64,000 nt of DNA from a virus: the IMG/VR virus record IMGVR_UViG_3300029267_002792, one strand, 5' to 3'. Shown here piece by piece: positions 43,166 through 54,612 of the stretch. The translations under genes were made by a program, and so were the position numbers. The notes below the pieces were generated by a model. That model searched no databases. It worked only from the letters and a program-made list of their open reading frames with translations, and was not told where the DNA came from. Every line of letters begins with the position of its first letter. Position 1 is the first letter of the stretch.

Positions 43166-45175
43166 TCAGGCACCCTTCTTCCGCTTGAAGCGGCTCTTGA
43201 TGAACTTCCTCAAGGCCCGGTCAGCGTCCGGATCGGGAACGAAGCAGGGGAACAGGGCGGCCTGGGACCAGAGTTCGGTTCTGACCCTGCCCATTCCCCA
43301 GCCGGGCATGTTGGAGAAGACGTTGGAGTAGGCGATGTAGTACCCCGCGCGAATGCCGAAGTAGCCCCGTACGAGGTTCACAACCTCCTCCCGGACCGAC
43401 GGGTGCACGCCCTCCATAAGCTCATTCTGGAACGCCTCGATCATGGGGTGGTCGTAAGCGATCTGCAACAGCCCCTCCGGGAAGTCTTGCCGAGGCGGAT
43501 CGTAATGGGCCGGGAAGTGCTGCACAGTGCGTCCGTCGTCGGTAGAGTCCTGCAACTCGGTGGAGCTTACCCACGTGCACGGGGGTAGCGATCCGGGCGT
43601 CCTTTTCACCTTCTTTTTCGACTTCGACTTTGGCTTCGGCTTCAGCTTCGTGCCAATCCCGAACTTAGTCGGGGCGCCCGGCTTCTCTTCGGCGTCGATG
43701 TCCGTCTGCCTCTCCGGGTCGTCCGGGGTCGTGGGCTCCATGACCTTGCAGTCTTTCCGCAGCTCCAGCTCTAGGACGGAGGGCTTTCTTCTTCCACAGC
43801 AGCGCCTCCTGCGCCGCCCTAGAACCGTGACGAGCTTGCACTTGACGGCGCACAGGTCCTGAGCCTCCTTGAACATCTTCTCGAGGTTTGTGGAGTACTC
43901 CACGACGCCGTACTTCGTCATGTACCGATTGAGCTGAGCGGGGAACTTGCTGTAGAACTCATCGGCCCACTGCGTCCAGGGCAGGGAGTCGGCTCCGTTC
44001 CCGTCCTCGCGCTCCAGGGCGAGCTGTCTGCGAGTACTTCCAGGAAACACTCGCGGGGGCGGGTGAACGATCAGAAAGGTGCGCTCGGCCACGCTGTTGA
44101 GCCCGATTCCGAAGTTTCGGAAGGAGGACAACTTGGAGGAGCGTTCGTACAGCTCGCCGTCGTAAAGGGCAGCAATGAACCCCTTGTCGGAAACGAACGC
44201 GTGGTTGTCAGGCAGGTCTCCGGCTCTGTAGATCCACTGCGCCACGGCTCCGTCCGATAGCTCCACCTCCCCCGTCAGAGTCCGACACGTCCCAGATTTC
44301 GGCTGCGACTTGGTGAGGTAGTGCTCGGCGCCTTGAATCTCCTTGAGCTGGTAGACCCGCACCTTGTCCAGGTGCTTCGCGTCCGGGCGGCGCGTGAGGG
44401 CTTCAACCTTGTCCTTCCTGGCGGGGTCGGATGCGTACCAGTACTCCGCGGAAGAATCGGGCCAATATTCCCGATCGGCGTGGTAGAAACAAGCCGCACG
44501 CACTTCGGTCGGCACCGCGTAGAAGCGATCGTTCAGCTGGCGAACGATGTACTTGAGACCGCACCCGGGAGCACTGGAGTAACCGTCAGGGCCGAAGAAA
44601 GTGTCTTCCTCGCCCGTGTTTCCCATGCAAACGATGACGGTACCGTGATCTTCGATGAAGTCGGGCTTCATGCTCGCCCATGCTCGGTACTGAGGGCTGT
44701 CCAGAGACACGATATCGTACCCATCAATCGAGTCGTCCCCCTGCACAGCTTCCATCTCGTACCCGTTGCCGTTCTCGCTCTCGTGCATGACCATGCCGAG
44801 ACCCTGCGGATACTCCTTCGTCCAGGACAGGACGACAACGCCCATCTTGTTCCAGGGGAGCAGAGTCATGCGAGCCCCGATACCAAAGTTCGCGCGCAAC
44901 CCAACGGTCTTGGCGCTCGCCCCGAACGAGGCCATGTAACGGTCAAGCTCCGAGGCCGTCATCCCGCAACCGTTGTCAGCCACCTTCAGGCGGTAGACCC
45001 CCTCCTGCTGGACGAAGCTCCACTCGGGCGTGAACTCGACCCTCTTGGCCCCAGCTTCGATCGAGTTCTTGAGCAGCTCTCGAAGGTATTGGTGCGGGAG
45101 CGTGTTTTTGAACTCACGATCCACAAGAAGCTGCGCGTCTCTGGGGGTGAACGTAATTCCCTTTCCTGTTCCCAT
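43166..45175 (-). CDS. GHKL (Hsp90/MORC-like) ATPase-domain protein
   Basis: LRELLKNSIEA (N box), VADNGCGM (G1), NFGIGAR (G2); behind the promoter at 45277. Confidence 0.88.
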   Translation of the reverse strand: MGTGKGITFTPRDAQLLVDREFKNTLPHQYLRELLKNSIEAGAKRVEFTPEWSFVQQEGVYRLKVADNGCGMTASELDRYMASFGASAKTVGLRANFGIGARMTLLPWNKMGVVVLSWTKEYPQGLGMVMHESENGNGYEMEAVQGDDSIDGYDIVSLDSPQYRAWASMKPDFIEDHGTVIVCMGNTGEEDTFFGPDGYSSAPGCGLKYIVRQLNDRFYAVPTEVRAACFYHADREYWPDSSAEYWYASDPARKDKVEALTRRPDAKHLDKVRVYQLKEIQGAEHYLTKSQPKSGTCRTLTGEVELSDGAVAQWIYRAGDLPDNHAFVSDKGFIAALYDGELYERSSKLSSFRNFGIGLNSVAERTFLIVHPPPRVFPGSTRRQLALEREDGNGADSLPWTQWADEFYSKFPAQLNRYMTKYGVVEYSTNLEKMFKEAQDLCAVKCKLVTVLGRRRRRCCGRRKPSVLELELRKDCKVMEPTTPDDPERQTDIDAEEKPGAPTKFGIGTKLKPKPKSKSKKKVKRTPGSLPPCTWVSSTELQDSTDDGRTVQHFPAHYDPPRQDFPEGLLQIAYDHPMIEAFQNELMEGVHPSVREEVVNLVRGYFGIRAGYYIAYSNVFSNMPGWGMGRVRTELWSQAALFPCFVPDPDADRALRKFIKSRFKRKKGA

Positions 45176-45326
45176 CGGTCTCGTCTCCTTCAGGCTACAC
45201 GCGGGAGCCTGATCTTGTTTAGAAGGGTTTGAAACCCCGACTCACTCTCTCAGTGATACCAGATAGCGGGAAGATTGTCAAGAGCAAAGTTGGGAGAGAT
45301 CGAAAAAGATCGGATCGGCGAGCCAA

Positions 45327-47157
45327 TCACTCCTCGTCTTCTTGATCGGCATACAGCAGGTGCAAGGGCTGTTCGGTCGTGGGGAGCCACTGATCGAACT
45401 TGGGGTCTGTCTCTTCCCCCTCCTCGTCACCCCGACCGAGGATGCGGGCCACTAGACCGATGACGTGTTTGCGATCTTCCGAATAAAACCGGTGCTCGAT
45501 CGACATGACTTCCATGACGTAGTCCACAGGGTGTGGCTCGTCGCGTCGGGCGATGGGGACGGTGAGGATGTCTCCCACGTGGGGGCACATTTCCACGGGC
45601 AGGCCGATGAGATCGAACCCTTGGATCTTTTCGTCCTCGGTGAGGTACACGGGCTTGATGGCTATTAGCGATTGCATGATCATTTGGTCCGCTCCTTGTT
45701 GATCGATTTCAGTGCCTCGCGCGCGAAGCAGGAGAGGCACCATTTGTCGGTGTCGATATACGCTTCACGGCAAGGTGATTGCGCTGCCCGAACTCGTAGA
45801 CACGTCTTGGCGGCGGACTCTTCGGCGATGTCCACGAAAGCATCTCCGATAGGAGTGACCTGGAACCGGCAGCCGTGGCCGTAGGCGGGGCACGCGTCGA
45901 AGCACCGGAGCATGCGGCAGTGGTCGTCGTCGTGGAGCAGGAGCTTGCGCAGTGCCTCCTCGTATTTGCGCCGCTCATGCAGCTCGCAGCAGTTCCAGCA
46001 CAGGTACGCCCCGTTCGAGAGGATACCCGCTGGTTGCCCACATTCGCCACATAGCTGATCATCCTGTTCCATCAGGAGCCTCCAATACGTTGGTGATGCT
46101 ATCACCGAGGTTCTTGATCCAGCCGTGCCCAAGGTGCTCGCCGATTTCGGTTCGCTGGCCCCACACGGAATCGGGGTTGTCGCTGACGAAAATATCGAGC
46201 CGTCGCTTCCGCGGCCACAAGGTCAGCGTCCGGATGCTGTCGACCTGGAGCACAAGGGCACGGTAGAGCGGGTAGTTGGGGTGGTACCGGAACCGCTCCG
46301 GGCGCCCGCGTTGCTCCAGCTCCTGGTTCACGGCCTGCAGCAGGCCCTTGTCCTCTTTGTTCACACGTCCTCCAGGAGCTTGCGCAGGGTCTCCCGAGCA
46401 TCGATCAGGCCGCATACGCACGCGTTCTCGTCAGCTGCCGGTATCATGACGCTGTAGCAGTAGCTGGTGTGGGCGGGCGTCAGGTTGAAGTCTGGCCCTA
46501 CGAGGTTCTCGTAGGCACGTGCTACGCCCCGCTCCAGGGTCGCGAGGCGGATCTCCAGGCACTGGGCGCACCACACCTTCTCCTGGACCACGACCAGCCC
46601 GCACGCCCTCGATCCGCACTTGTGGCACTCGCTCATGAGTGCTCCAGCATGAAGGGCGACCTCTTTACGGGCTCGGGCGCGTCGCGGTAGATGGCCAGGC
46701 TCTGGAGCACGCTGCGGAACAGGAACAGGAAGCCGGGGAGATCGGTGGCGATGCGGAACTCGTTCCGGGGGTTGTCACCATCGTGCTCCGGATACAGACC
46801 CCCGGCCACCTCTACCAGCGGATCGAAGCGGTGCTCGCCGACGAGCTTGCGGTGCATGAACCGTGGCAGGGGTACTGCGACTCCGGCCGCCACTTCGACT
46901 TGAATGAGGATTTCAATGTCGTCCATGAACCAGATCGTCCAGTCTCGCTCTCGCGGGATTTGGATCTGTCCGTGGCGCAGCTTGTATTCGAGCACCGGGA
47001 GCTGAAGCCCCCCGTATTGGTGCTCCCCCACGACTCTGACATGCTCGTAGTACGTTTGCCCGATGGTGTAGAAGTAGTTCAGGCGCGCGATCCAGAAGTC
47101 CTTGTCATGGCTCTCGATCGGGTTACTCGCGATCCAATCCTGTAGCACTGGTTGCAT
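45327..47157 (-). CDS. Run of hypothetical ORFs (45327-45683, 45680-46072, 46059-46364, 46361-46636, 46633-47157)
   Basis: Coupled minus-strand ORFs. Confidence 0.62.
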
Positions 47158-47226
47158 GGTGGCTCTCCTTCGGGGGAGTCCCCCGATCCATTATCTTCCC
47201 AACCCTACCACCGTTTGCTCTTGACG

Positions 47227-47934
47227 TCAACCCTTATTCGACACCCGGGGCTCGCCCTGGGCAAGTATTTCGATGTCGGCTTCAGACAGGCCTAGCTCCT
47301 GCGCCCGGCTCAGCACGTCGCGATAACGCTGGCGTGCCTCCCGTTCGGCTCCTAGCTCTGCTTGAGCCTTGAGGTCGTCCGGGGTGGAGCGGGCGTAGCT
47401 TACGGGGCCGTAGGTGAGGGTTCGTTGCCAGTCTTTGAGGATCATGTTGTCGAGGTGTACTTTGAACACCGGCACCTGCAGGATTTCGCCATCACTACCC
47501 TGAACGTCCGCTCCGCGGGCAATGCGCAGCGCGGTCGCTTCCAACTGGCACACGGCCCTCGGGATCTGTGTTCCCTTACCTTCAGTACCGTCGGAGTTCA
47601 CCCAGACGACCCAGGCATCGAGATCGCTCCGCTCAATCTTCGGGCCTTGTGCTGGAGCGGACCTCTCCCCCGCGGGCACTAGGAACTCGATCAGGTGGTC
47701 CAGGTCGCGCGTGGTCGGAACTACGACGGCTACATCGAACCCGTCACCCCGCACTATCACGCACGCGTGCCACGGACACTCTGAGTCCGCATTCCGGGCC
47801 AGGTAGCTGTGCAGGGTGAGGTCTGCGTCATCGGACACGTGCTCCTCCCGCGAGGCCGGATCGAATCCGGCCCGGGCGAGATCGCTGTCGTGATAGGGTG
47901 GCTTCAGGGCCGCGCTTGTCGTGGCAGGGTGCAT
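47227..47934 (-). CDS. Hypothetical protein
   Basis: Start near MHPATTS. Confidence 0.65.
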   Translation of the reverse strand: MHPATTSAALKPPYHDSDLARAGFDPASREEHVSDDADLTLHSYLARNADSECPWHACVIVRGDGFDVAVVVPTTRDLDHLIEFLVPAGERSAPAQGPKIERSDLDAWVVWVNSDGTEGKGTQIPRAVCQLEATALRIARGADVQGSDGEILQVPVFKVHLDNMILKDWQRTLTYGPVSYARSTPDDLKAQAELGAEREARQRYRDVLSRAQELGLSEADIEILAQGEPRVSNKG

Positions 47935-48006
47935 GGAGACACCGCGCAGCCCCACTCCCGCTGAATACCAGAGCATGCTATCTCTCTTTCTAGGTCAAAG
48001 ACCGGC

Positions 48007-48302
48007 TCATGCTTTCCCACGCCGACGGCCGAAGAACGGATGCGGGAGGTCGTCATACCGCCGCCAGAATTCCTTCTGCTCGGCTTCGGTCATCTCCGGC
48101 AGCTCGACTTCTCCGGTACGCTGCGGATCGTACTCCTTGTCCCAGAAGTGCTTCGCTTCCAGGTGAGCCCGCAGCCATGGTTCCAGAGCCCGGCATGCGT
48201 TCGGGAGCCTACGATGCGCTCGATGTCGGCGTACACGTCCTCGATGACGGTGTGGAGCTTGCCGGTGGTAAGGTTCCGTAGCCTCTGCACGTTGAACTTC
48301 AT
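48007..48302 (-). pseudogene. Frameshifted small gene
   Basis: MKFNVQRL...IERIVG in one frame continues as LPNACRALEPWLRAHLEAKHFWDKEYDPQRTGEVELPEMT...* in another. Confidence 0.5.
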
Positions 48303-48304
48303 AT

Positions 48305-48643
48305 TCAGTCCTCCAGCCGAGGAACTTGACGCTTCAGGTCTTCGAGGGCTCGGCGCATGGCGCGCTTGCAGTCCTCGCACGTGATCGCTTCCGGGACGGT
48401 TCCGATGTTGTGATCGGCGACGCGCTCGTCGAGGATAGGGCGCCCGCACCAGGTTTGTAGGTTGTCGGCTGGCCAGGGGACTACGAGGGCGTGGGAAGGA
48501 ACTTCCTCTCGGGGCGGACCCTTGGCCCGCTCTTCCCAGTACGCTGCCTCATGATCCTGAGCTGACTCTCTGGCTATGAACCCTTTGCCGTCGGAGCACA
48601 CCCAGTGATGTTGGGGATGCTTCTGCACGTGTCTGATTCCCAT
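48305..48643 (-). CDS. Hypothetical zinc-finger protein (paralog of the ORF at 49598)
   Basis: MGI..V...HWVCSDG shared N-terminus; TWCG...TCEDC. Confidence 0.68.
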   Translation of the reverse strand: MGIRHVQKHPQHHWVCSDGKGFIARESAQDHEAAYWEERAKGPPREEVPSHALVVPWPADNLQTWCGRPILDERVADHNIGTVPEAITCEDCKRAMRRALEDLKRQVPRLED

Positions 48644-48735
48644 TGTGAGTCCCTGTCCCTTCGGGTTCGGGTGCGTGTCCCTTCCGGGACGGTTCCGATG
48701 CGGAAGTCCGAGTGCGGCCCGAATCGACGAGTTTT

Positions 48736-49173
48736 TCATGTTCGGACCTTCGTCCACGTCCTCTTCCCCGTCCACGTCCTCGTCCACGTCCCCGTCAACG
48801 TCCTCGGCCTCGTCCTCGTCCATGTCCCCGTCCCCGGCCTCGTTCCCGTCCTCGTACTCGTCCACGTCCCCGGCCTCGTTCCCGTCCTCGTACTCGTCCA
48901 CGTCCTCGTTCGCGTTAGCCTCATCATCGGACCTTCGTCCACGTCCTCTTCCCCGTCCACGTCCTCGTCCACGTCCCCGTCAACGTCCTCGGCCTCGTCC
49001 TCTTCCCCGTCTTCGTCCTCTTCCCCGTCCACGTCCTCGTCCACGTCCCCGTCCCCGGCCTCGTTCCCGTCCTCGTACTCGTCCACGTCCTCGTTCGCGT
49101 TAGCCTCCTCATCATCGGACCTCCTCGTCTCCGTTTTCGTTCGGGTACAAGCTAGCTTGCGCGGGTCAGTCAT
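48736..49173 (-). CDS. Low-complexity protein: acidic D/E half then basic T/R/W half
   Basis: ATGA-coupled to the upstream gene; the repeat is read in two different frames. Confidence 0.5.
   Translation of the reverse strand: MTDPRKLACTRTKTETRRSDDEEANANEDVDEYEDGNEAGDGDVDEDVDGEEDEDGEEDEAEDVDGDVDEDVDGEEDVDEGPMMRLTRTRTWTSTRTGTRPGTWTSTRTGTRPGTGTWTRTRPRTLTGTWTRTWTGKRTWTKVRT
48740..49115. repeat. Low-complexity (G/A)GGACG-type hexamer tract, tandemly duplicated
   Basis: Two ~190-bp copies of tcggaccttcgtccacgtcctc...tcgttcgcgttagcctc. Confidence 0.9.
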
Positions 49174-49457
49174 CGAGCTTCCGTGAAGGGCTCAAACGGG
49201 TGGGGCCAGTCCGTGACGATCGTACCGGAAGAGGGAAAGGATGCACGAACCCCAGACGGCTCCCACTCGGCATGCTTGTCAGGGGTACCCTGGAAGAACA
49301 GATGACGGCGCCCCGTATCCTTCACGAAACACGGGTTCCGGAGAACGATTTCAAACTCGGTACGCTTCTCGAGCTGGCCCACGTACATGGACGTCCAGCC
49401 GTCGTTCAAGGGGATCTCGATCACCACGTACTTGCACTCGGTTGCATTTTCTTTCAC
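49170..49457 (-). CDS. Small phage protein with DTGR motif
   Basis: YVGQL...IVLRNPCFVKDTGR...EWEP. Confidence 0.7.
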   Translation of the reverse strand: MKENATECKYVVIEIPLNDGWTSMYVGQLEKRTEFEIVLRNPCFVKDTGRRHLFFQGTPDKHAEWEPSGVRASFPSSGTIVTDWPHPFEPFTEAR

Positions 49458-49597
49458 GTTGCCTCCTCTTCACATGCCTAGGATGAGGTACAGGCCGTAG
49501 CCTAGGATCAGATCGCTCCAATTTCCCTCATTCCGATCCGGTCTGCTGCTGCTAGCAATGGCCACAGTCGGGGCACCAGGATGTGGATCGTTCCATA

Positions 49598-52500
49598 TCA
49601 GCCCTCGTTTTTCCTCATTTGCTGTGCTGCTACCACCACCTCGGACCAGTGTACGAAACCACTGACACCCAAGGTCCTTGCCAGATCGCTGAAGCGCTCG
49701 CGCCACCGGTTAGCGTCTCGTTGGTTCTCCTCGGACAGCCCCCTCCAGTGGCGAACCTCGTGTTCTAGGGCGCCAATCTCGGTTCTGTACTTAGCACCGT
49801 CGGAACACACCCAGTGGCCTAAAGCCCCTCCGACCCACTCGATTCCCATGTCACCCGCTTTTGCCTTTCGAGCAGTTGGGGCAGTAGTCCCCGTACGTGC
49901 CGTCTTCCGCGCGTGCGCGCGTCCAGCCTCGCGCACGCAGCCTCCTGCGCGCGAACTCCACGGTCCCGCTAATCTGGTCCCACTGCCCGCACTCGTCGCA
50001 CCAGATGGTGGTTTGTTTCGTGTAGCTCACTCGTCCTCCTTCTTTCTGAAGATCAGGTAGTCGCCGTCAACTCCTCGAACCATCTCGAGAACAGGCGTTT
50101 CCCCGTGAGAACCCAAACGAAGATGTCGAGTGGAGAGGCCAGAGCCGTGAGCACGACTGCGGCCAACCAGAACGGGAACACCACCGCTAGCAAGACCAAC
50201 ATGCCTACGAACTTGAGCGCGAGGGACAATCGCTCCCAGATGTCCGCCGCGCAGCTCACTTCGATTTCCTCGCCGGAGGCACCTCGGTCGGCTCGACCTT
50301 GATCGACTCGTTCCGGACCCAGGTCCAGCAGACGCAATCGCGGATGGCGGTCGTGCTGGCAAGCTCCCAGTCCCTTCCCATGGGCATGGGAACGTCGTCG
50401 GCTCCGGGCTTGATGTCGTTGACGTTCTTCTTCGTTACTTTGTACTGTTTCATCGTATCGTCTTCCTCCAGTCCTGCCCCGCGGCGTAGGCGTCTACGAA
50501 CACACCGAGCTGATCGATTGCCGAGACGTCCCCAGCCTGCGTCGCCGCCAGCACCATGGCGCCCCACACACCTTCCGGCACCCCAAACGTTCGCGCCCGA
50601 GCAGTGACTTCGTCGAGTCTCCGGTCGTTGGCCTCGATCTCTTTGAGTTCGAGCTTCAGCATCACCAGTCTCCACCATCGTTCTCGATGTAAATCGTATC
50701 GATGGCGTAGTCCGGATCAAACCCATCCCTCCTCATGACACGCTCGCCCTCAGCATCTTTGCGCATCACGCACAAGGAACCGCTCGCAGAAAACAACCAC
50801 AAGCTCTTCGGCCATGTCTTTTCCAACCGCTTGAGCGCACGGATGGCTGCTCTCTCCTCCTTAGTCAGCTCGCTGAGCTTCGACATCACTTGCCCTCTCC
50901 CAGCAGCTTGCCTGCGATCCTCGGAAGCAGCTCGGAGACGAGTATCTCTGCGAAGTCCTCCGACTTCACGATTCGGCCCAGTTCCTCGTTGATGGTGCCG
51001 AGACGCTGGCTGAGGCTCATCAGAGCCTCCCACAGCTCGTCGGAATAGGGGAGTTCCACCCCATCATCCGAGTAGCTCGAAAAACGTCTGACATCCGCAA
51101 ACCTCTTCTGGATGTCCTTGCGCATTGCATGCTCCGGGTTGCGGTCCCAGTGCCGCGAGTACCGTTCACCGTCCTCGCCATCGAGCACCCACGTCCGCCA
51201 GCAATCAAACCCTACGCGAGGGCTGTTGTGGCTCTCCCCGGACCGATAGCCTCCGTACCTTGTACGCCTCTGGGAATTGTCAGTGCTGACGATGATGATC
51301 CGGTACCACCGGTCTTCGGACGTTAGCAGGGTATCAGCCAGCTCGTCCGCCTTTTGCCTGGCTCCGGTCTGAGTAGCGTCCTCGACTAGCTTGTGAGCTA
51401 CCGGAGCCCAGAACTTTTTCGAGTCCTTGTTGTAGTAGACAGCAAGCTTGGTCCCGCTGGGTGCATGCGTCCAGCTCTCGACCATCCATTTTTTTGTCAG
51501 CTTGTATTGCGCCATTATCCGCTTCCTCCGGCCCACGACTTGCGCCGGGACCGATGACTGGTTCCCGTACCAGCGTCCCAGCGATGCTTCCGAGCCCGTA
51601 CAACCCCCGCCTCCTCCGGCGTCTCCCCCAGCCGCGTGCGCAGTTGTGACGGCGTCTCGATGTTCACGTGCAAGCCTTTCATCATCTTCTTGTACAACCC
51701 GAGCCACCACTCCTGCGTTTCCAGATCCGGATGATAGCGGCCGATGATCTCGACAGCGTGGGCGGTGTGCATGACGAAGTGCAGGGGTAGGCTGTCCAGG
51801 TCGTCGAGGAACTTCAGGACGTATTCGTCTTCGGGCACCTTGCGCCCGATGAATGAGTTCGAGCTGTCCGCGTTCTGGAGGACCAAGCTCCGGATGCTGC
51901 GGGTGATGCTCTTGCAGGCATCGTTCTTCCGCGCTACGTCGCAGCCTCGCAGCGAGCTGATCAGGACGGCCTGCATGCGGAAGGGCAGAGTCATCACCCA
52001 GTCTTGTAGGACGCTCCGGAGCACTCTACGACTTCCTTTCCAGCTTCACGATGAGCGGGTAGTCTTCAGACACACACCACCGCGGGTCGGATGATCCGGG
52101 GCAGTGCATCACATTGCACAGGGAGCCAGGACCTAGGAAAGGACAGCGATCGGAGACAGACTTCCGATCTTTGTAGCCTCGAACCGTTATCATCACGTTG
52201 CCGCTCACGTGCTGCCTCCCAGCCCCAGGTTCCATGTATACCCGAGAGCAACGGCTCTGTCAATAGCAATCATGCTTGCTATTGACGCCTCAGGATGCAG
52301 GTCTCTCGAGCTGGAAGCCAGAACTTGAACGGATCTTCCTCCTCCCCGCAGTCCTGGAGATCGGCTTGAATGATGACGACGTGAGTACGCCCCACGAAAC
52401 TGTGATGAACGTCTACGATGTCTACCAAGTAGTCCATGGGAGCGTTCGAGTCCTGGCGATGCATCATCGTCAGCTTGAAGGTCTCCCCCGCTTGCGGCCG

Positions 52501-52665
52501 AGGGTCCGAGTGAATGGGAGCTACGTCGTACCGCCCGCCCGCAGCATGGACTCGAAGGACGATCAGCTCCGAGGCTATGGAGCGGAAGCGAGAGGCTACC
52601 CACATCGGTACACCTTCGCGTTGGGCTAGCGTCTGTAGCCATTGAGTGTCTCTGAGGTCCAGCAT
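49598..52665 (-). CDS. Run of hypothetical ORFs (49598-49849, 50053-50337 TM, 50256-50453, 50450-50665, 50662-50886, 50886-51515, 51515-52024, 52279-52665)
   Basis: Coupled minus-strand ORFs with RBSs. Confidence 0.62.
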
Positions 52666-52762
52666 GGTTCCTCCCGGTTCGGCTCATCATGTACCATATA
52701 GCGGTAGGCTTGTCAATAGCGTTCGGTCCGTCCCCGGTAAAGCGTGGCCCCGGTTCGGGGGG

Positions 52763-52866
52763 GGGGCTCGACACATGCCCTCGACACATGCTCTCGAAGT
52801 GTGCTCTTGACGTATGCCCTCGACACATGCTCTCGAAGTGTGCTCTTGACGTATGCTCTTGACGAG
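52763..52866. repeat. 13-bp tandem repeat, 7 units plus a partial unit, with 39-bp higher-order periodicity
   Basis: tgccctcgacaca / tgctctcgaagtg / tgctcttgacgta, twice, then tgctcttgacgag. Confidence 0.92.
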
Positions 52867-52900
52867 GGTCTGGGAGAGAGGCTCGGGCATCAGGCCCACC

Positions 52901-54342
52901 GAAAACTCCAAGCATCGGCCCGAAGCGGAGAAGATAGCTTTGCTCCCGCCCCTCCGGGTGGGAGGAAAACTCCAGGCCACACCAACGCCCCGGCCCGGCC
53001 CCCGTCCTTAGGAGGGAGGGAAAACTCTGGACGCCCGAGCAAACGGCGGGCTCTTTTGCTCGGAGGCCAGAGTTTTCGTCCCCGAAACAACCCAGGCGAG
53101 GGGGGCAGGGGAGGGGTCGCCCTCCCCCGTGTCAATAGCAAACGGATCTGGGCGGCCCCGGCGGCGGCCGTGTCAATAGCAAACGGATCTAGCTGCGGAT
53201 CTGGTGGGGCGAAACCCTAAGGCTTCCGCGACCTTAGGGTGATGACTGAGATGTAATGGTGCCACGGTGGCACCATTTCTCAGTCATCACGGTGAACGTG
53301 GTGAGCCAGCTCCTGCCTGAGATCGTGCTCCTCGGACGCTAGCCTCGCAGCGCGATCGGCCGTGAGTTTTCCCTGCGCGGCCAGGCTGACGCGCTCTTCA
53401 CTAACGTTCCTGAGCAGTTGCCTCAGCTCGGCCTCGCGGGGACTGCGGGGCATGGCGATCTCTCTCGGCCGGCCGCACACGCAGTACTGAGAGGGAAAGG
53501 AGCCGGCAGCGCCCGACCCTTGGGGGGTAGAGGGGCGGACGCCACCGGCACCTGAAGGCTTTATGGTAGAGGACGTGTTGGGAGTTTTCAAGCCCCTCAT
53601 AGCTCGATGTCCCGGGGCTCGTCCTCGGTCGGTGCCTCGGACAATGGAAGGGGATGGGGGTGGCCCTCGAAACCAGTCGAGGCCAGCGCCCGGGGGCAGT
53701 CCTCCGAGCGCTTGCACGCGCGGTCGTGCCAGACCTTACAGATGGTCTCCAACCGTTCCGGGTCGAGCCTCCCCTGAGTGCACCACTTGCGCACGGTCTG
53801 CACCTCCACCTCAAACAGATCGGCCAGGTCCTGGTAGCCGTAGGCCCACAGCTTCGGGCGCCCGCCTTTGGGAACGCGCCCGCTCTCGATCACGTTTCTT
53901 CGGCTTTTGATCGTCAAAATCGGCCTCCAATACCGTTAGTGCGGCACACTACTTACCCATGACAAGCGAGGGCTGTCAAGACCAGAACCCCGCCCCCGGG
54001 GTGGGGGTGGGAGGGAAAACTCTGTGATACCGCAGGGTTCGGGCGCTAGCGTCCGATGGGCTCAACATAAGGGTCGGGCTGGGGCACTCCAGGCGCTTCC
54101 TCGGCCCTCGATCTGGACGCCCCCGGCCCCTAAGATCGGCGCGCAAATCGAGGAAAACTCCATGGAATCAGGTTGTTACACGACCCCCTCCGGATCGCAG
54201 GGAGTTTGTGTAGGGAGGGGTGCGTTTCAGGCACACTTGAGGCTAGAGTTTTCCCCTATTTGCGGCTGCGGGAGGGGTCCGTTTTTGGTCGCCAAAAGGG
54301 TAGTTTTTGGGGGTGTTGAGGCTCGTAAGTGTGCGAAAACTC
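52901..54342. repeat. Eight dispersed GAAAACTC boxes in a gene-poor region
   Basis: Forward at 52901, 52965, 53020, 54015, 54153, 54335; reverse at 53070, 54246. Confidence 0.75.
53597..53917 (-). CDS. MerR/HTH_17-like DNA-binding protein
   Basis: YGYQDLADLFEVEVQTVRKWCTQGRL. Confidence 0.72.
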   Translation of the reverse strand: MTIKSRRNVIESGRVPKGGRPKLWAYGYQDLADLFEVEVQTVRKWCTQGRLDPERLETICKVWHDRACKRSEDCPRALASTGFEGHPHPLPLSEAPTEDEPRDIEL

Positions 54343-54612
54343 CGCGGATTCCCAAAATTCCACCACCGACTGTATGTACGCTCCCCTCCAACCCCCCAAC
54401 CTCAGACCCCGCGATCCTCTCCAACCGAACCCCGTTCCTTGTAAAGACTGTCCCTCCCCCGAGCCCTCTCTCCGACCTTCCCTGTGCTCAGGTTTACTCG
54501 TGCGGGAAGATCGAGGGTGGGGCAACGGGCACCGCTTATCGTAGGAGCGACGGTAATTACGCAGGGATTGAGACGGGTTTCGAGAGGACCGCAAAAAGGG
54601 GGAATCCGGCCC

